Under the pieces are notes generated by a model. It did not search any database. It had not been told where the DNA came from and was given only the letters and a program-made list of their open reading frames with translations. DNA of 64,000 nucleotides from contig JAYUEN010000506.1 in NCBI GenBank assembly GCA_043739185.1, positions 1 to 64,000 of the forward strand, in the 5' to 3' direction. Made by a program: the position numbers and the translations under genes. This document shows positions 1 to 9,922 of this stretch, piece after piece; position 1 is the first letter of the stretch; every line of letters starts with the position of its first letter. The DNA comes from Bdellovibrionales bacterium (GTDB lineage: Bacteria > Bdellovibrionota > Bdellovibrionia > Bdellovibrionales > JAMPXM01).

Positions 1-218
1 GCTCTTAAGATTATGCAGAAATGTGGCTACTTAACTCATAGCTACTATCTGCAATCTATTGCCACTACATAGCTAGACCAACCAAAAGAAGAAGGGGCCC
101 GTGAGCTGTCAAAAAGATAGCCAGTTGAGTAGCCCAAAATGACCTTTTAAATATATGAGTGAAGGCTGGTTCGTTAAACGCCTGTGGCTTATGGCATATC
201 TTGCATTTTATAAGCGAT

Positions 219-1376
219 ATGATTGCTTCTTGCCCTTCTATTTCACGCCTCATTTTAGTGGGCTTTTTGAGCTCGTCATTAGCTTTTAGTACGCCGGTTC
301 AAGCGGCCGCTCCTCGCTGCGAAGATTTGTTTGTCGAACAAACTCAGTCGAAGGCTTTTAATCCTGAGCTCTTTGATCAGGCTCTTCGTGAATTTCGTTC
401 GGCTTCGTCGACCTCTGAAATCGAAATTGGATCGCCTGAAAAAATGATGGCTTTTTTGGAGCATTATTCTTCTTATAAAGGTCAATCGACCCTCGGGCTC
501 GAGGCTTTTATTAAAGAGGCGAGCTGGTTACAGATGAAAAAGCTTGCATGGTATACGAGAAGGCTTAGGGGCCAGAATATTTTGACAGAAAAGCACCTCG
601 ATAAAATGGTCGCGAGTGTTTATAGGTTAATTCATCTGCAGGGTGCGCCTTGGGGTTCGATTAAAAATCCTCGGGCAGCGATCACGCGCTTGTCAAATTT
701 GCCTGATCAGTTAGTCAAAGATCGCTTCGATCAGCTTCTTGCTCAGAATGGGCTTGCCACGGCACTCATGCAAATGTTTCGTTTTCAGCCTGGAGCCGTT
801 GTACGAAGCGGTAATCTCACTAAGTTCATGGTTTTTACTTTAATGACTGCCGTTGGAGTTACGGGGACGGCCGGACTTCATCCTATTAAGGGTCTTGATC
901 CTTATATGTTCGATATCGACATTTTAAAAGATAAGATGACGATCGTAAAAGCGGTCGGGCTCGCACATGATTTGGGGTATGAACAAGCTCTTCAGAAGTT
1001 TCAGACGGAGTTGGTTCCAATGGCTAGAAGCCAAAGATCATTTGAAGTGTTCAAACATCTTTATAATTTGTCGGGAAAAATATTAATTTCGGCCTATTTT
1101 TCGATTCATGCTTTGGCAATGGTCGCTGATCATTATGTGACAATTGAAAATTCAAGAACCGAAATAGCTGAGGTCAATCGAGTTGTCCCGATGGCAGATT
1201 TTATTAAGCGCAACTCTGATATCAAAGATTCGGATATGTTGGCTCAGGCACTTTGGGATCAATACTTACAGATTCGAAGAGCTCAAAGTCCCGGGCTAGA
1301 TACATCTAGCCGCGAGATATTGAGTCAACATGATCGCGTCTTTGAAGAAGTCGAAAGACTTCTTCAAGACGAGTGA
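219..1376 (+). CDS. Exported/membrane hypothetical protein with N-terminal CxxLF motif
   Basis: Long ORF (track 159..1376); ATG at 219 gives a signal peptide ending VQA-AAPRCEDLF; two later hydrophobic segments. Confidence 0.75.
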   Translation: MIASCPSISRLILVGFLSSSLAFSTPVQAAAPRCEDLFVEQTQSKAFNPELFDQALREFRSASSTSEIEIGSPEKMMAFLEHYSSYKGQSTLGLEAFIKEASWLQMKKLAWYTRRLRGQNILTEKHLDKMVASVYRLIHLQGAPWGSIKNPRAAITRLSNLPDQLVKDRFDQLLAQNGLATALMQMFRFQPGAVVRSGNLTKFMVFTLMTAVGVTGTAGLHPIKGLDPYMFDIDILKDKMTIVKAVGLAHDLGYEQALQKFQTELVPMARSQRSFEVFKHLYNLSGKILISAYFSIHALAMVADHYVTIENSRTEIAEVNRVVPMADFIKRNSDIKDSDMLAQALWDQYLQIRRAQSPGLDTSSREILSQHDRVFEEVERLLQDE

Positions 1377-1378
1377 TA

Positions 1379-1945
1379 TTATTTTTTATCTTCAGACGAT
1401 GGCAATTTTTCTACCTTCGTTTTTCGGTAATCAATACACAAAGCATCTAATGCGCGGCCGACTCTGTGAAGGCAAGACTGGAGGTCTTTTTGAACCGTAC
1501 CAACGCAAGGCATGTTGCCTTGAAAAAATTCGTGGCTGTTTTCTTTTAAGGTATCGTAGATTTCAATGACTTTATCGCCCGTCTCTTTTTCGATTTTCAC
1601 GCTAGGGCAGGTTTTTACCTGCGATCCGCTGCGAAGGCTTGCAACCACTTCTGGTGAAGACATAACAGCTTCATGAAGCATTTCTTCAACTTTTGAACAA
1701 CTCACGCGATCTTCGATCGCATTTGAGCACATAGCATCTGCTAAAAGTCCAGTTCCTACTGCGAAAATTGCAGCTCCTCCAACGCGAGTCTTCCATTTCA
1801 CATCGAAATTAAGAACTGCTGCAGCGCCAGTGAACATACCTACCTGAGCAGCGAGACGCTCAGAAACACGTCCCGGTTCAGCGTGTGCACCGTGTGGAAC
1901 AAGGATTATAGTAGCAAGTAAAGCCAAAATAGATTTTTTGAACAT
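1379..1945 (-). CDS. Secreted six-cysteine protein, paralog of the C-terminal domain of 21946..22920
   Basis: GGAG RBS, signal peptide ending AHA, Gly/Ala hydrophobic hairpin, Cys pattern shared with 21946..22920. Confidence 0.85.
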   Translation of the reverse strand: MFKKSILALLATIILVPHGAHAEPGRVSERLAAQVGMFTGAAAVLNFDVKWKTRVGGAAIFAVGTGLLADAMCSNAIEDRVSCSKVEEMLHEAVMSSPEVVASLRSGSQVKTCPSVKIEKETGDKVIEIYDTLKENSHEFFQGNMPCVGTVQKDLQSCLHRVGRALDALCIDYRKTKVEKLPSSEDKK

Positions 1946-2242
1946 AAGGTTCTCCGTTTCATGGTTAATTAAACTTTCGAAGGGTGAGATTCAATTGTCG
2001 TACCAGGTTTTTAAAAGGGAAGAATGGATTTAATGCGTTTTGAGATCAGTCAGATGTGCCCGGGGCCCCAAATGGGAGCCTTACGTTTAGAAGTTCAACA
2101 CCTTCGAGGCCTACGCCGAATTTCTAAAAGTTTTTGAGAATATTAACCAGTTACGCATGTTCGAGCATCAGGGCTGTAACGGACTTTCTGCTCACTCTTG
2201 ACGAAAATGTTCCAGAAGAATTTACTTTAGAAAATATTCGCC

Positions 2243-2527
2243 TTAAGGAGTCCGCAGCTGACTCAAATCACTGTCGGTTGTCATATCGCCAATGGTGCTG
2301 CTGAGACTTCCCGTTGGATTTGCTGCTGGCGCAACTGTTAAACTAGCAACTTGGTAGCGATAACCAATTGCTCCGGGCAGAAAGGACTCCATGACTCCAG
2401 CAGTAGCCTTCAATTGGATATTTTGGCTCAAGAGCGTATCAAGGATTTCGACACGAATGGAGTACGAGTTTCCTGCGGCACTTGCCGGAATATTGCTAGT
2501 TCGCCTGAAAGTCGAACTTAAAACGAC
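2243..2527 (-). pseudogene. Possible 5'-truncated gene remnant (C-terminal part of a beta-rich protein)
   Basis: Open frame of ~94 codons directly after an in-frame TGA, no good start/RBS, protein-like composition (NSYSIRVEILD...YRYQVASLTV). Confidence 0.3.
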
Positions 2528-2744
2528 TCATTTTGAATCAAAAGTGATCACCTTTAAGATTAACTTAAATTATTTTAACATTAATCAATACAATATATAC
2601 CATTATTATTATTGATCTTTTTAATATTCAATCTATCTATAGTGATCACTAGCTGGATCATTTTAATGTTTTTTCAGAAAGAATTGTGAGAACATGAATT
2701 TGTAGGACGTTTATGAAACAAAAAACTTTAAAAAAGGGGATTTT

Positions 2745-3299
2745 ATGAAAACAACGCAACTTACTTCAATGGCAATCGCACTCTTACTAAGCCTTAATGT
2801 GAAGGCCCAAAGCCTGTCATCAGTGGGACCAATTTCAACGATTTCAGCCAAAGCTGCTCAACTTGAATTGGATTTTTTCACTCTCAACCTAGGCTCAATT
2901 ACTGATAAGTTCAACGACTACGCAAGTTCAAAAGTTTTGTTTGATGCAAAATCAATTGAAATTGATATTCAAAAACGCGCCCCCAAATGTGGTCCAAATA
3001 AAGTTTGTGTTGATATGGTCTTAGCACCAACAAGTATTAAGTTAAATGTAGTTGAAATTGTTAGACAGCCTTGCAGCGATGTCTATTATGCTTCCTCAGG
3101 CGCCGGCGGAGACATAAATTTGGTAGAGCAAATCAGACTTGAAGATTTCTCAGTGGGTCGCTGTGAGTACGCAGGCCTTCTTGCGCCAGAGAGCCAGCTC
3201 ACATATCGCGTACTAGAAAATGGCAATATCAATAAACCTGAGCGTGCCGCATATATTGATTTCTCAATGGATTCAATGTTGCCAACTTCCACTAAATAA
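2745..3299 (+). CDS. Secreted hypothetical protein
   Basis: AAGGGGG RBS, signal peptide ending VKA, 4 Cys. Confidence 0.85.
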   Translation: MKTTQLTSMAIALLLSLNVKAQSLSSVGPISTISAKAAQLELDFFTLNLGSITDKFNDYASSKVLFDAKSIEIDIQKRAPKCGPNKVCVDMVLAPTSIKLNVVEIVRQPCSDVYYASSGAGGDINLVEQIRLEDFSVGRCEYAGLLAPESQLTYRVLENGNINKPERAAYIDFSMDSMLPTSTK

Positions 3300-3340
3300 T
3301 TTTCAACTTAAGTTCAAATTCAGATCATACTAAAAATATA

Positions 3341-3400
3341 GGGAGATTCGGTTGTGAGGAGTCATTAGGGATTGAACCCTAAAACACAACTGAATCTCCC
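3341..3400. other. Long two-tier hairpin between convergent genes (terminator or small structured RNA)
   Basis: GGGAGATTCGGTTGTG pairs with CACAACTGAATCTCCC (16 bp, one G-U on +); inner TTAGGG/CCCTAA stem; AGGAG in the internal loop. Confidence 0.7.
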
Positions 3401-3423
3401 AAAAGTAATTTAAAATACCAAGG

Positions 3424-3915
3424 CTACTCTTGAATGGCAGGAGTCGAACTATGCTTTAGTATGAGCCATCCCTGCTCAGTTTTTTCATAAATAAAAGTAT
3501 AACGAGCACGAGTTGCAAGGCCATTAGCAAAACTAAATACATAATAGCCGGATTCGGTTGCATGATCGGTTCCTAAAAAATGAAAATAGCTTTCGTCTTC
3601 AAACTGAAGTTTCGGTCCCAAAGAAAGAAATTCAATAAAATACGCTCGAATCCGCTCTGGGCTTTCACGCACAACATTCGAACGAGTTGGCAGAAGCGTA
3701 GCATGGCTGCTATATTTGGCCACAACCGCATCCAAATCTAACCTCATTACTGAGTCGGCCCAGCCCATTTTTAGGCTATGAATTTGCTCTGCCACCGCTT
3801 GCAGGCCGTCTGCAAGAAAGAGCCTTCGACATGAGCCCGTTGCACCAAAGCTCATAGGTGTAAATAGACTCAACTGTGTGACAATTAAGGCTAAGATGAT
3901 TGCGCGGATACTCAT
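3424..3915 (-). CDS. Exported NTF2-like protein (SgcJ/EcaC / CaMKII association-domain family)
   Basis: Motifs ATLLPT.S...R....I..YF..FL, SGYYVF, ARYTFIY, WLI..HSS; signal peptide followed by SCRRLF. Confidence 0.8.
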   Translation of the reverse strand: MSIRAIILALIVTQLSLFTPMSFGATGSCRRLFLADGLQAVAEQIHSLKMGWADSVMRLDLDAVVAKYSSHATLLPTRSNVVRESPERIRAYFIEFLSLGPKLQFEDESYFHFLGTDHATESGYYVFSFANGLATRARYTFIYEKTEQGWLILKHSSTPAIQE

Positions 3916-4065
3916 ATTTAAAGCTCTCTCTAGGCAAAGCAAACGACCATTTTTATTTTAAAGCGATCTCCCAGTTATTAGTTTCAATATTGCGGCCAAC
4001 TTAGCTTTCTCGCAGATGGCAACCGAATTGCAACTATCTCGACCCTATAGACGTATCCTTAAAAT

Positions 4066-4971
4066 GTGCCAGAGGTCGACTTGAGAATTTTTGTCCTTTT
4101 ATTATTTTGCCTCTTCAATTCAGCGGCTCAGGCCCTCCCCAGCGGCTTTGAAAGGGTCTCAGGCTTTGAATCCTTTGCTCCTTTTCACGGCGGCCCGAAT
4201 TGCTTTAATCTTGCGCTCGTTTTAAACCATATTTTACCAAGTTTGCGTTTTTCATCCCCGGATGAAATCGGTTTTTATATTAATTCCCCTCTATGTCGCA
4301 AGCTCCAAGACGGTGAGCCAAGAAGATATGGAGACATCGGCCTAATCTATCTGAGCTCCAAAAAGCCAATTGAGGAATATCACGGCTTTATTTACATAAA
4401 TGAAAATTTGGCTTATTCAAAAAATGGCGATGGAATTTTCAAGCCAAGTTCGTATTTACTACAGAGCCTCGAAAATGTTTATAATACTTATGATGTGCCA
4501 CTCACTTCAGAATGCCGTCAGAATCAATTGAAAATTCCGAGTAGATGCGGGCAAGCCGCATCTTTTCACCGTTGCGAATCAATGCAAAATTATTTATCGC
4601 GAAAGCCAAAGCTATCTATGCCGATTCAAAAAATCAATAAGGCCGTATTAAATTTCGAGAAGGATCTCGAGTCATTCGCCATTTATGATAAGCAAATATC
4701 TTGGTCCGCGCAGAAATCTATCAAACATGCATCCAAAGAATTTAGTAAGTATTTGAAGAATTCTAGAAATGAAAAACTCCCACTTGATTGTCACGGACAA
4801 TTTATTTTAGGCGTTTTACAAATGCATTTTGAAGGAATTTCTGAGCAGCTGGCTTATTCAACTATATTTATAAATGACTATAAAATACTCTCTGACCAAC
4901 TCAAACAAACAGCGCAAGATGCTCAAATATTCATTCAAACTCACGTGGCCACTGGCACTTGCCAGGGCTAA
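4066..4971 (+). CDS. Secreted hypothetical protein, possible papain/NlpC-like Cys-His hydrolase
   Basis: Signal peptide ending AQA; GPNCFN, GDIGLI, YHGFIY, YSKNG motifs; start may be TTG 4081. Confidence 0.7.
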   Translation: MPEVDLRIFVLLLFCLFNSAAQALPSGFERVSGFESFAPFHGGPNCFNLALVLNHILPSLRFSSPDEIGFYINSPLCRKLQDGEPRRYGDIGLIYLSSKKPIEEYHGFIYINENLAYSKNGDGIFKPSSYLLQSLENVYNTYDVPLTSECRQNQLKIPSRCGQAASFHRCESMQNYLSRKPKLSMPIQKINKAVLNFEKDLESFAIYDKQISWSAQKSIKHASKEFSKYLKNSRNEKLPLDCHGQFILGVLQMHFEGISEQLAYSTIFINDYKILSDQLKQTAQDAQIFIQTHVATGTCQG

Positions 4972-4999
4972 AGTTTCGTATTTCATGCGAATAAACTGC

Positions 5000-5869
5000 T
5001 TACCTCTGAGCACCGCAAATCCGGGGGTCATTGATATCTTCGCTGACATCACAGCTTCCTGGAGTTCCAGTCAGCAGAAACCATGAGCCCGTGTTTTGGC
5101 AAAAGTATGAATACCCCGAGACATTCATGAGATCATAAAAAATAGATGATGCCGGAAGCGCGACATTTGTGCTGCTCACAACAATCGTATCGCCAGAATT
5201 TCCAGACGCATTTAGATTGACTAAAATTGTGCCCGTCGAAGTTGAGTGAAGCGTATCTCCGTAGCAATAGCGATGGATCCTGCAGCTCATCCCAACACTT
5301 GCGGGGTTACACATATAAGAAGCTGGTGTCGGCGTGGGTGTCGGAGTTGGCGTGGGTGTCGGCGTGGGCGTCGGAGTTGGCGTGGGTGTCGGAGTTGGCG
5401 TGGGCGTCGGAGTTGGCGTCGGAGTTGGCGTTGGGCTTCCGGCAATAGTTATATTGATAAGAGCGCCTGTGACAATTGCGTTTGTTGCGTCACTCACATA
5501 AACCGAGACCGCAGCGTTCGTACTAAAAACAATTGAACATGTATAGTTTAGTTGTGAAGAATTGATTTCGATATTATTGGGACAAGTAGAGACTCCGGTC
5601 GAGGTATAGCTAAAATTGTATTTATATGGAGCTTTACCGCCAGTAACCACTGCTACAAAGACTTGCGAAGACGTCGGATCTGAAGTTCCCGAAATGCGAT
5701 TCAATACCACAGAAAAATGAGATGGGGTTGGACTCGCAGTGCCTGTCGAATTCGATTGATTTGCTCCTACATTCCAAGCTGAATTTCCGTCTGACGACTG
5801 ACCACAGTTTTGAAATATGAAAAGGCTAGCCAACGAAAAAACCAGGACGCTTATTTTGATGTGTCTCAT
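5000..5869 (-). CDS. FQNC-type surface lipoprotein with Ig-like domain, Pro-Thr linker and Cys-rich C-terminal domain
   Basis: AAGGGAG RBS before ATG 5869; hydrophobic leader ending FIFQNCG; (PT)n tract. Confidence 0.85.
   Translation of the reverse strand: MRHIKISVLVFSLASLFIFQNCGQSSDGNSAWNVGANQSNSTGTASPTPSHFSVVLNRISGTSDPTSSQVFVAVVTGGKAPYKYNFSYTSTGVSTCPNNIEINSSQLNYTCSIVFSTNAAVSVYVSDATNAIVTGALINITIAGSPTPTPTPTPTPTPTPTPTPTPTPTPTPTPTPTPTPTPASYMCNPASVGMSCRIHRYCYGDTLHSTSTGTILVNLNASGNSGDTIVVSSTNVALPASSIFYDLMNVSGYSYFCQNTGSWFLLTGTPGSCDVSEDINDPRICGAQR
5325..5435 (-). repeat. Coding hexamer repeat encoding a (Pro-Thr)n linker
   Basis: Degenerate GGYGTN/GGAGTT hexamers inside CDS 5000..5869. Confidence 0.95.
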
Positions 5870-6099
5870 TATGACTCCCTTAGTGAATACCTGCAGCAAA
5901 AGTGAACTTTTAAGCTTCTACATGCTATACAAACTGCAATCAAATAGCCAAATAGATAGCTAACAAAAGACGTTCTTAGGAGCACGGAATGTTTAGATGT
6001 TGTGGACCTATCAAAAGAATGAACAGTTTCATCCCAAATGAATTTCGACGTCTCGAAATCAGACATTCCCGAAGTGGTGAGTCGCTCGCATTAATAGAT

Positions 6100-6969
6100 T
6101 TACCGACAGGCTAATATTGCAGGAACCCGTGTTTGAATAGCATTGGTCGCCGCAAGATGAAGCTTCGTATAGTAAGGCTGCCGAACCTGATAGAGATAAA
6201 CCGGATGATACAAATTTTTAAATCCCTCTAAAATATGATAATCTTTTTTCTCTGAGATTAAATGAAGAGGCACCACCGCTCGCCCAAAGCCTTCCGAAAC
6301 ACCATCTAATATTCCGTAAATATCACCCATAAAGGAACGCTTGAGAGAAAGATTTTTTTTGCCATTTAATTTGAAAAACTCGAAGGTCGTTTGATCTTCA
6401 CCATTATTATCTAAATAAACATCGGATACTGTGTTTTTCTTACTAGACTCAATCAGAACATACTCTTCTTTGCCTAAGGAGATCTCCTCTAAATTTGCTG
6501 CATTGATACGGCTATCTATGACCACAAAATCGACCTGAGCACTTGAAATCAAGCGTGGCAGCTCGGAGGCTTCGCGAATTGAAATTTCAATTCGAATATT
6601 AGGATGCTTTCGCACGAGTTCGCTGATGGCAGGGATAATTGTTGCACGCATCAGGCTTGACACCCCTCCTATACGAAGAGTGCCGGCCAAACTTTCTCGT
6701 GCATTTTTTTCAGGTCGAAGCCCTTGTAAAAACTCTTCTTCAGCTTGGGTTTGTACTCTGCAAAATTGCAATAGACCTGCCCCACGCTCCGTTAGTCGAA
6801 CTCCGTTTCCGGACCGAACAAAGAGAGAGGTTTCAAGATCCATTTCTAAATTACGGATACGATGGGAAAGTGCAGATTGGGTCAGATTCAATTGTAGCGC
6901 GGCCTTGGTAAAGCTTGAGTGACGGGCTACTTCTTGAAAGGCTTCGAGTTGAATTTGTGATAGCTTCAT
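6100..6969 (-). CDS. LysR family transcriptional regulator
   Basis: SFTKAA..LNLTQSALSHRIRNLE...LFVR HTH; GTLRIG substrate-binding domain. Confidence 0.95.
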   Translation of the reverse strand: MKLSQIQLEAFQEVARHSSFTKAALQLNLTQSALSHRIRNLEMDLETSLFVRSGNGVRLTERGAGLLQFCRVQTQAEEEFLQGLRPEKNARESLAGTLRIGGVSSLMRATIIPAISELVRKHPNIRIEISIREASELPRLISSAQVDFVVIDSRINAANLEEISLGKEEYVLIESSKKNTVSDVYLDNNGEDQTTFEFFKLNGKKNLSLKRSFMGDIYGILDGVSEGFGRAVVPLHLISEKKDYHILEGFKNLYHPVYLYQVRQPYYTKLHLAATNAIQTRVPAILACR

Positions 6970-6994
6970 AGATATGAATTTAATTCATATCTAT
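6968..6994. promoter_or_regulatory. LysR-type operator (perfect palindrome with T-N11-A core)
   Basis: ATAGATATGAAT-TTA-ATTCATATCTAT overlapping the LysR start, between divergent genes. Confidence 0.75.
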
Positions 6995-7072
6995 ATTAAA
7001 TCAATGAATTTGATGTTGGAGCCTAAATCAGCGATAACTCGCTCGGACAATAATTTATCAAAGGAGCTCATT

Positions 7073-7468
7073 ATGAAGTTTAAAGTTTTATTAGCCGTTT
7101 TATTAGTAAGTGCCACGGCAACGGCCGATATGAATTGTCAAAATCACCCTGCGCCTGGAGGTGAATATTTTGTGGTCCAAGTTAAGGGTGAGCAATATCA
7201 TATCACCCACTATGGACATAGTCGAAATTCATATGAGGCAATCTACAAAGCCCAAAACTGCTTACCTACAAGATACGGTGGGTTTTGCCATCTTACTAAG
7301 ACTAAAGATCTTTCAACCTGGAAAAATATGCCCATTCAACTCGAGGTATCAAGATATGTCGACTACAGCGGAGAAAGTCTTTCAATAGTTGTTTCTGGTT
7401 TTACTGATTTAGCCGTGCCCTCGGTCTCATTTGCCAATTCGGATTGCAAAATAACAAATGGCTTTTAG
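7073..7468 (+). CDS. Small secreted protein divergent from LysR
   Basis: AAGGAG RBS, MKFKVLLAVLLVSATATA signal, 4 Cys. Confidence 0.85.
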   Translation: MKFKVLLAVLLVSATATADMNCQNHPAPGGEYFVVQVKGEQYHITHYGHSRNSYEAIYKAQNCLPTRYGGFCHLTKTKDLSTWKNMPIQLEVSRYVDYSGESLSIVVSGFTDLAVPSVSFANSDCKITNGF

Positions 7469-7488
7469 GCTACAAACAAAAGCTTTTC

Positions 7489-7875
7489 TCAACAGAGTTT
7501 AATCTCGTAATGATGATCTTTTACGCTGTCCTCTACGGTAATGGTATCTCCTTGCGCAACTTTTAAGAGTTGCTCTTGTGAAAGTATGACTTGATGTTGA
7601 TGCAAATATGCAATGCTAGTCATTATCTTCACTCCTTGAGTCGGAGGATTTTTAAAAATGGCTGTTTCAATATTGAGGTAGTGAAAGTGCCCTGGCAAGG
7701 GCGCATAGGCCGAGGGACCCGAGAGAATATTCAATTCGGCCCCACAATTGAATTCTGGTGAATTCATTTGTGCACTAGCCTTTTTCAATAAAACTGGTAT
7801 CACTTGCAGTGTAACTACGCTGACACCAAGAGTTTTCAAAAATTGACGTCTTTTCAAATTCATATCTTTTTTCAT
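7489..7875 (-). CDS. Tat-exported His-motif protein (possible metal binding)
   Basis: AAGGAG RBS before ATG 7875; KRRQFLK twin-arginine signal ending ASA; GHFH, HQH and HH motifs. Confidence 0.8.
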   Translation of the reverse strand: MKKDMNLKRRQFLKTLGVSVVTLQVIPVLLKKASAQMNSPEFNCGAELNILSGPSAYAPLPGHFHYLNIETAIFKNPPTQGVKIMTSIAYLHQHQVILSQEQLLKVAQGDTITVEDSVKDHHYEIKLC

Positions 7876-7988
7876 TTTGAGCTCCTTTAGATGTTTCATT
7901 TCACTCCGCCGAGTGTATAAATAAAGGTACTTATTTGCCAATAAATTAATAAAAGTTCCTTATTTGGGTACTTTTTTAAGGAGTTCGG

Positions 7989-8747
7989 ATGCCATTAAAT
8001 CAAAATCAAGATTTCAAAGCCATAACCGGAGTCATGAAAAACATTTTGCGCGAACGCAAAATCACCTATCGCAAATTGGGCGCGCAAATTGGTCTCACTG
8101 AATCCGGAATCAAAAAGATTTTTGCAGCTGAAGATGGCTCCTACAAGCGCCTGACTCAAATTGCAAATATTTTAGGTGTTAATCTCCTTGAGGTCTTGGG
8201 CGAGATTCAACAGGCAAGCCTTGAAAATGTGCGCTTCACTCAATCACAACAAAATCACTTTCTAAAGGATCCCCTCTTGTTTTCGCTCTATTTCAAATTG
8301 GTAATTGAGCGCATTTCGGCTGAAGAGGCGAAGCATGAGTTGGAGTTCAACGACCACAATTTTTTTAAATATTTAAAAATGCTAGATGATCTGAATCTGA
8401 TTCAGCTTTTAGCACAAAATAAAATTAAAATTCCCAATCTGAAAATGGTAAAAAGCTTCGGCGATGGTCCCTTCCTTTCAAAACTATACCGCGATTGGGG
8501 ACGCGAACTGGTAACTGAATTGGCAGATCCAAAACACCAAAGCTCTGGTCAATTTATCGTGCGTTGTTTGAAAATGAAGCCAGCAACCTATCTTGAATTT
8601 CTAACAAGGCTGCGCGAGCTAGATGACGAATTTACAAGACGCGGAATTCAAGAAATGCGCATCAATCTGAAAAATCTAAAAAGTATGCGTTGGATCTCAA
8701 TAACCGACCAGAATAGCTTTGTACGAGGTAAAAAAGCTGGATCTTAA
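7989..8747 (+). CDS. XRE/Cro HTH transcriptional regulator with C-terminal domain
   Basis: ITYRKLGAQIGLTESGIKKIF HTH; GGAG RBS. Confidence 0.88.
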   Translation: MPLNQNQDFKAITGVMKNILRERKITYRKLGAQIGLTESGIKKIFAAEDGSYKRLTQIANILGVNLLEVLGEIQQASLENVRFTQSQQNHFLKDPLLFSLYFKLVIERISAEEAKHELEFNDHNFFKYLKMLDDLNLIQLLAQNKIKIPNLKMVKSFGDGPFLSKLYRDWGRELVTELADPKHQSSGQFIVRCLKMKPATYLEFLTRLRELDDEFTRRGIQEMRINLKNLKSMRWISITDQNSFVRGKKAGS

Positions 8748-8910
8748 ATCAAGGCACCCGCATCGCTAGTAATACTTGAGTTTCACGAAGGGCTTTTTGT
8801 TACCCACATGTCTTTGCCGCGTAATTGAGTAAGCGAGCAAAGCCGCAATCCAACTAGCAGCCATTAATTCGGCTATTGAAATAGTCAGTCGAGGCAGCCG
8901 CTCTAGTTAC

Positions 8911-9882
8911 TTATGGTGCGAACTGACCATCCATTTTGGCTGAGCCATTTTGCTTAGTCGAGCCATTTGTATAGATTAAATCCCCGCTAAAACGCGGATT
9001 GCTCCCAAAGTTATTTCGCTCTAAAACAAACGCGTAAACTCCACCTGTCGCTTTGCCATTTAATATTTCTGGTACCTTAAACTTGAGTGCCCGACTCTTA
9101 TGGCTATAAGAAACATCAAAGATTTGCCCATCTTTAAAGGCGGCGCCATCATAAGTCGTTGCGCCTTCAACATTAGATTGATAGTTTTTGGCATCGCCAA
9201 AGCCATCCAAGCGAAGTTCGACTTTGTCTCCGCCAGAATCTTGAGTCAAGATGATCGAAGACCCATTTGGATTTTTAAAGCTCTTATAATTTGTTTGAAT
9301 GCCTGTCTTTTGGTATTCAGGATCAATTCGATAAAGAATTTTGGCAGTGAGCTCTAAGCCCGATGACATGAGTTTATCCAAGCTTGCTTTTAAACTTACT
9401 TTCGAGTCAGTGAAATCTCGACAAGCGGTATAAGACTTTTTCAATTCCTCAGTTGGCGCCTGCTCTACGCTTGAGTAGACCCAATTTTGAACGGTATCAC
9501 TATTGAGTTGAACATCGTCACAGCTTGCCATTCCTGAGGGCGGCGCAGATGAACAAGCTTGTTCGAAGTTTTTAAAGCAAGGAGCGTAGTCGAAACCATT
9601 TGCATTGAGCGCATCCAACTGGCCTTGAGTCTTTTGTCTTTGCAGCTCAAGTTGGTCTGATTTGGCAGCATTGGTAGCAACTTCGCTAAATAGTTTAACA
9701 GCTTCTGCTGATGATTTAGTTTCAGGCCACAAAAATATAGAGACACTTGTTAGCGATATTTTGCCGTACTCGGCACCAAGACTTTGTACATTGGTGAAGT
9801 CTGGTGGCGTACTGACGATTCGATCGTTTTGAACCGAACACGCACTTGCTAAAATGGCTAAACTCACAATTTTGTATTTCAT
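8911..9882 (-). CDS. Lipoprotein of unknown function
   Basis: LASAC lipobox; GAGG RBS; coiled-coil segments with 4 Cys. Confidence 0.85.
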   Translation of the reverse strand: MKYKIVSLAILASACSVQNDRIVSTPPDFTNVQSLGAEYGKISLTSVSIFLWPETKSSAEAVKLFSEVATNAAKSDQLELQRQKTQGQLDALNANGFDYAPCFKNFEQACSSAPPSGMASCDDVQLNSDTVQNWVYSSVEQAPTEELKKSYTACRDFTDSKVSLKASLDKLMSSGLELTAKILYRIDPEYQKTGIQTNYKSFKNPNGSSIILTQDSGGDKVELRLDGFGDAKNYQSNVEGATTYDGAAFKDGQIFDVSYSHKSRALKFKVPEILNGKATGGVYAFVLERNNFGSNPRFSGDLIYTNGSTKQNGSAKMDGQFAP

Positions 9883-9922
9883 AAAACCTCAATCAATCAA
9901 ATTTTAATTCAAAAATCGAAAA

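Noticed and set aside
25..135. 12-bp imperfect inverted repeat (GGCTACTTAACT / AGTTGAGTAGCC), with a related GGCTACTCAAAAGTAGCC hairpin at 12658
   Set aside because: Too short, no target-site duplication or transposase, and near the window edge; cannot be distinguished from chance
2570..2600. Possible dif/XerD arm (TTTTAACATTA)
   Set aside because: No XerC arm at the 6-nt spacing; AT-rich context explains the match
5325..5435. Tandem repeats (also 16637-16753) as a CRISPR array
   Set aside because: Hexamer periodicity in frame with Pro-Thr codons, no spacers, no cas genes
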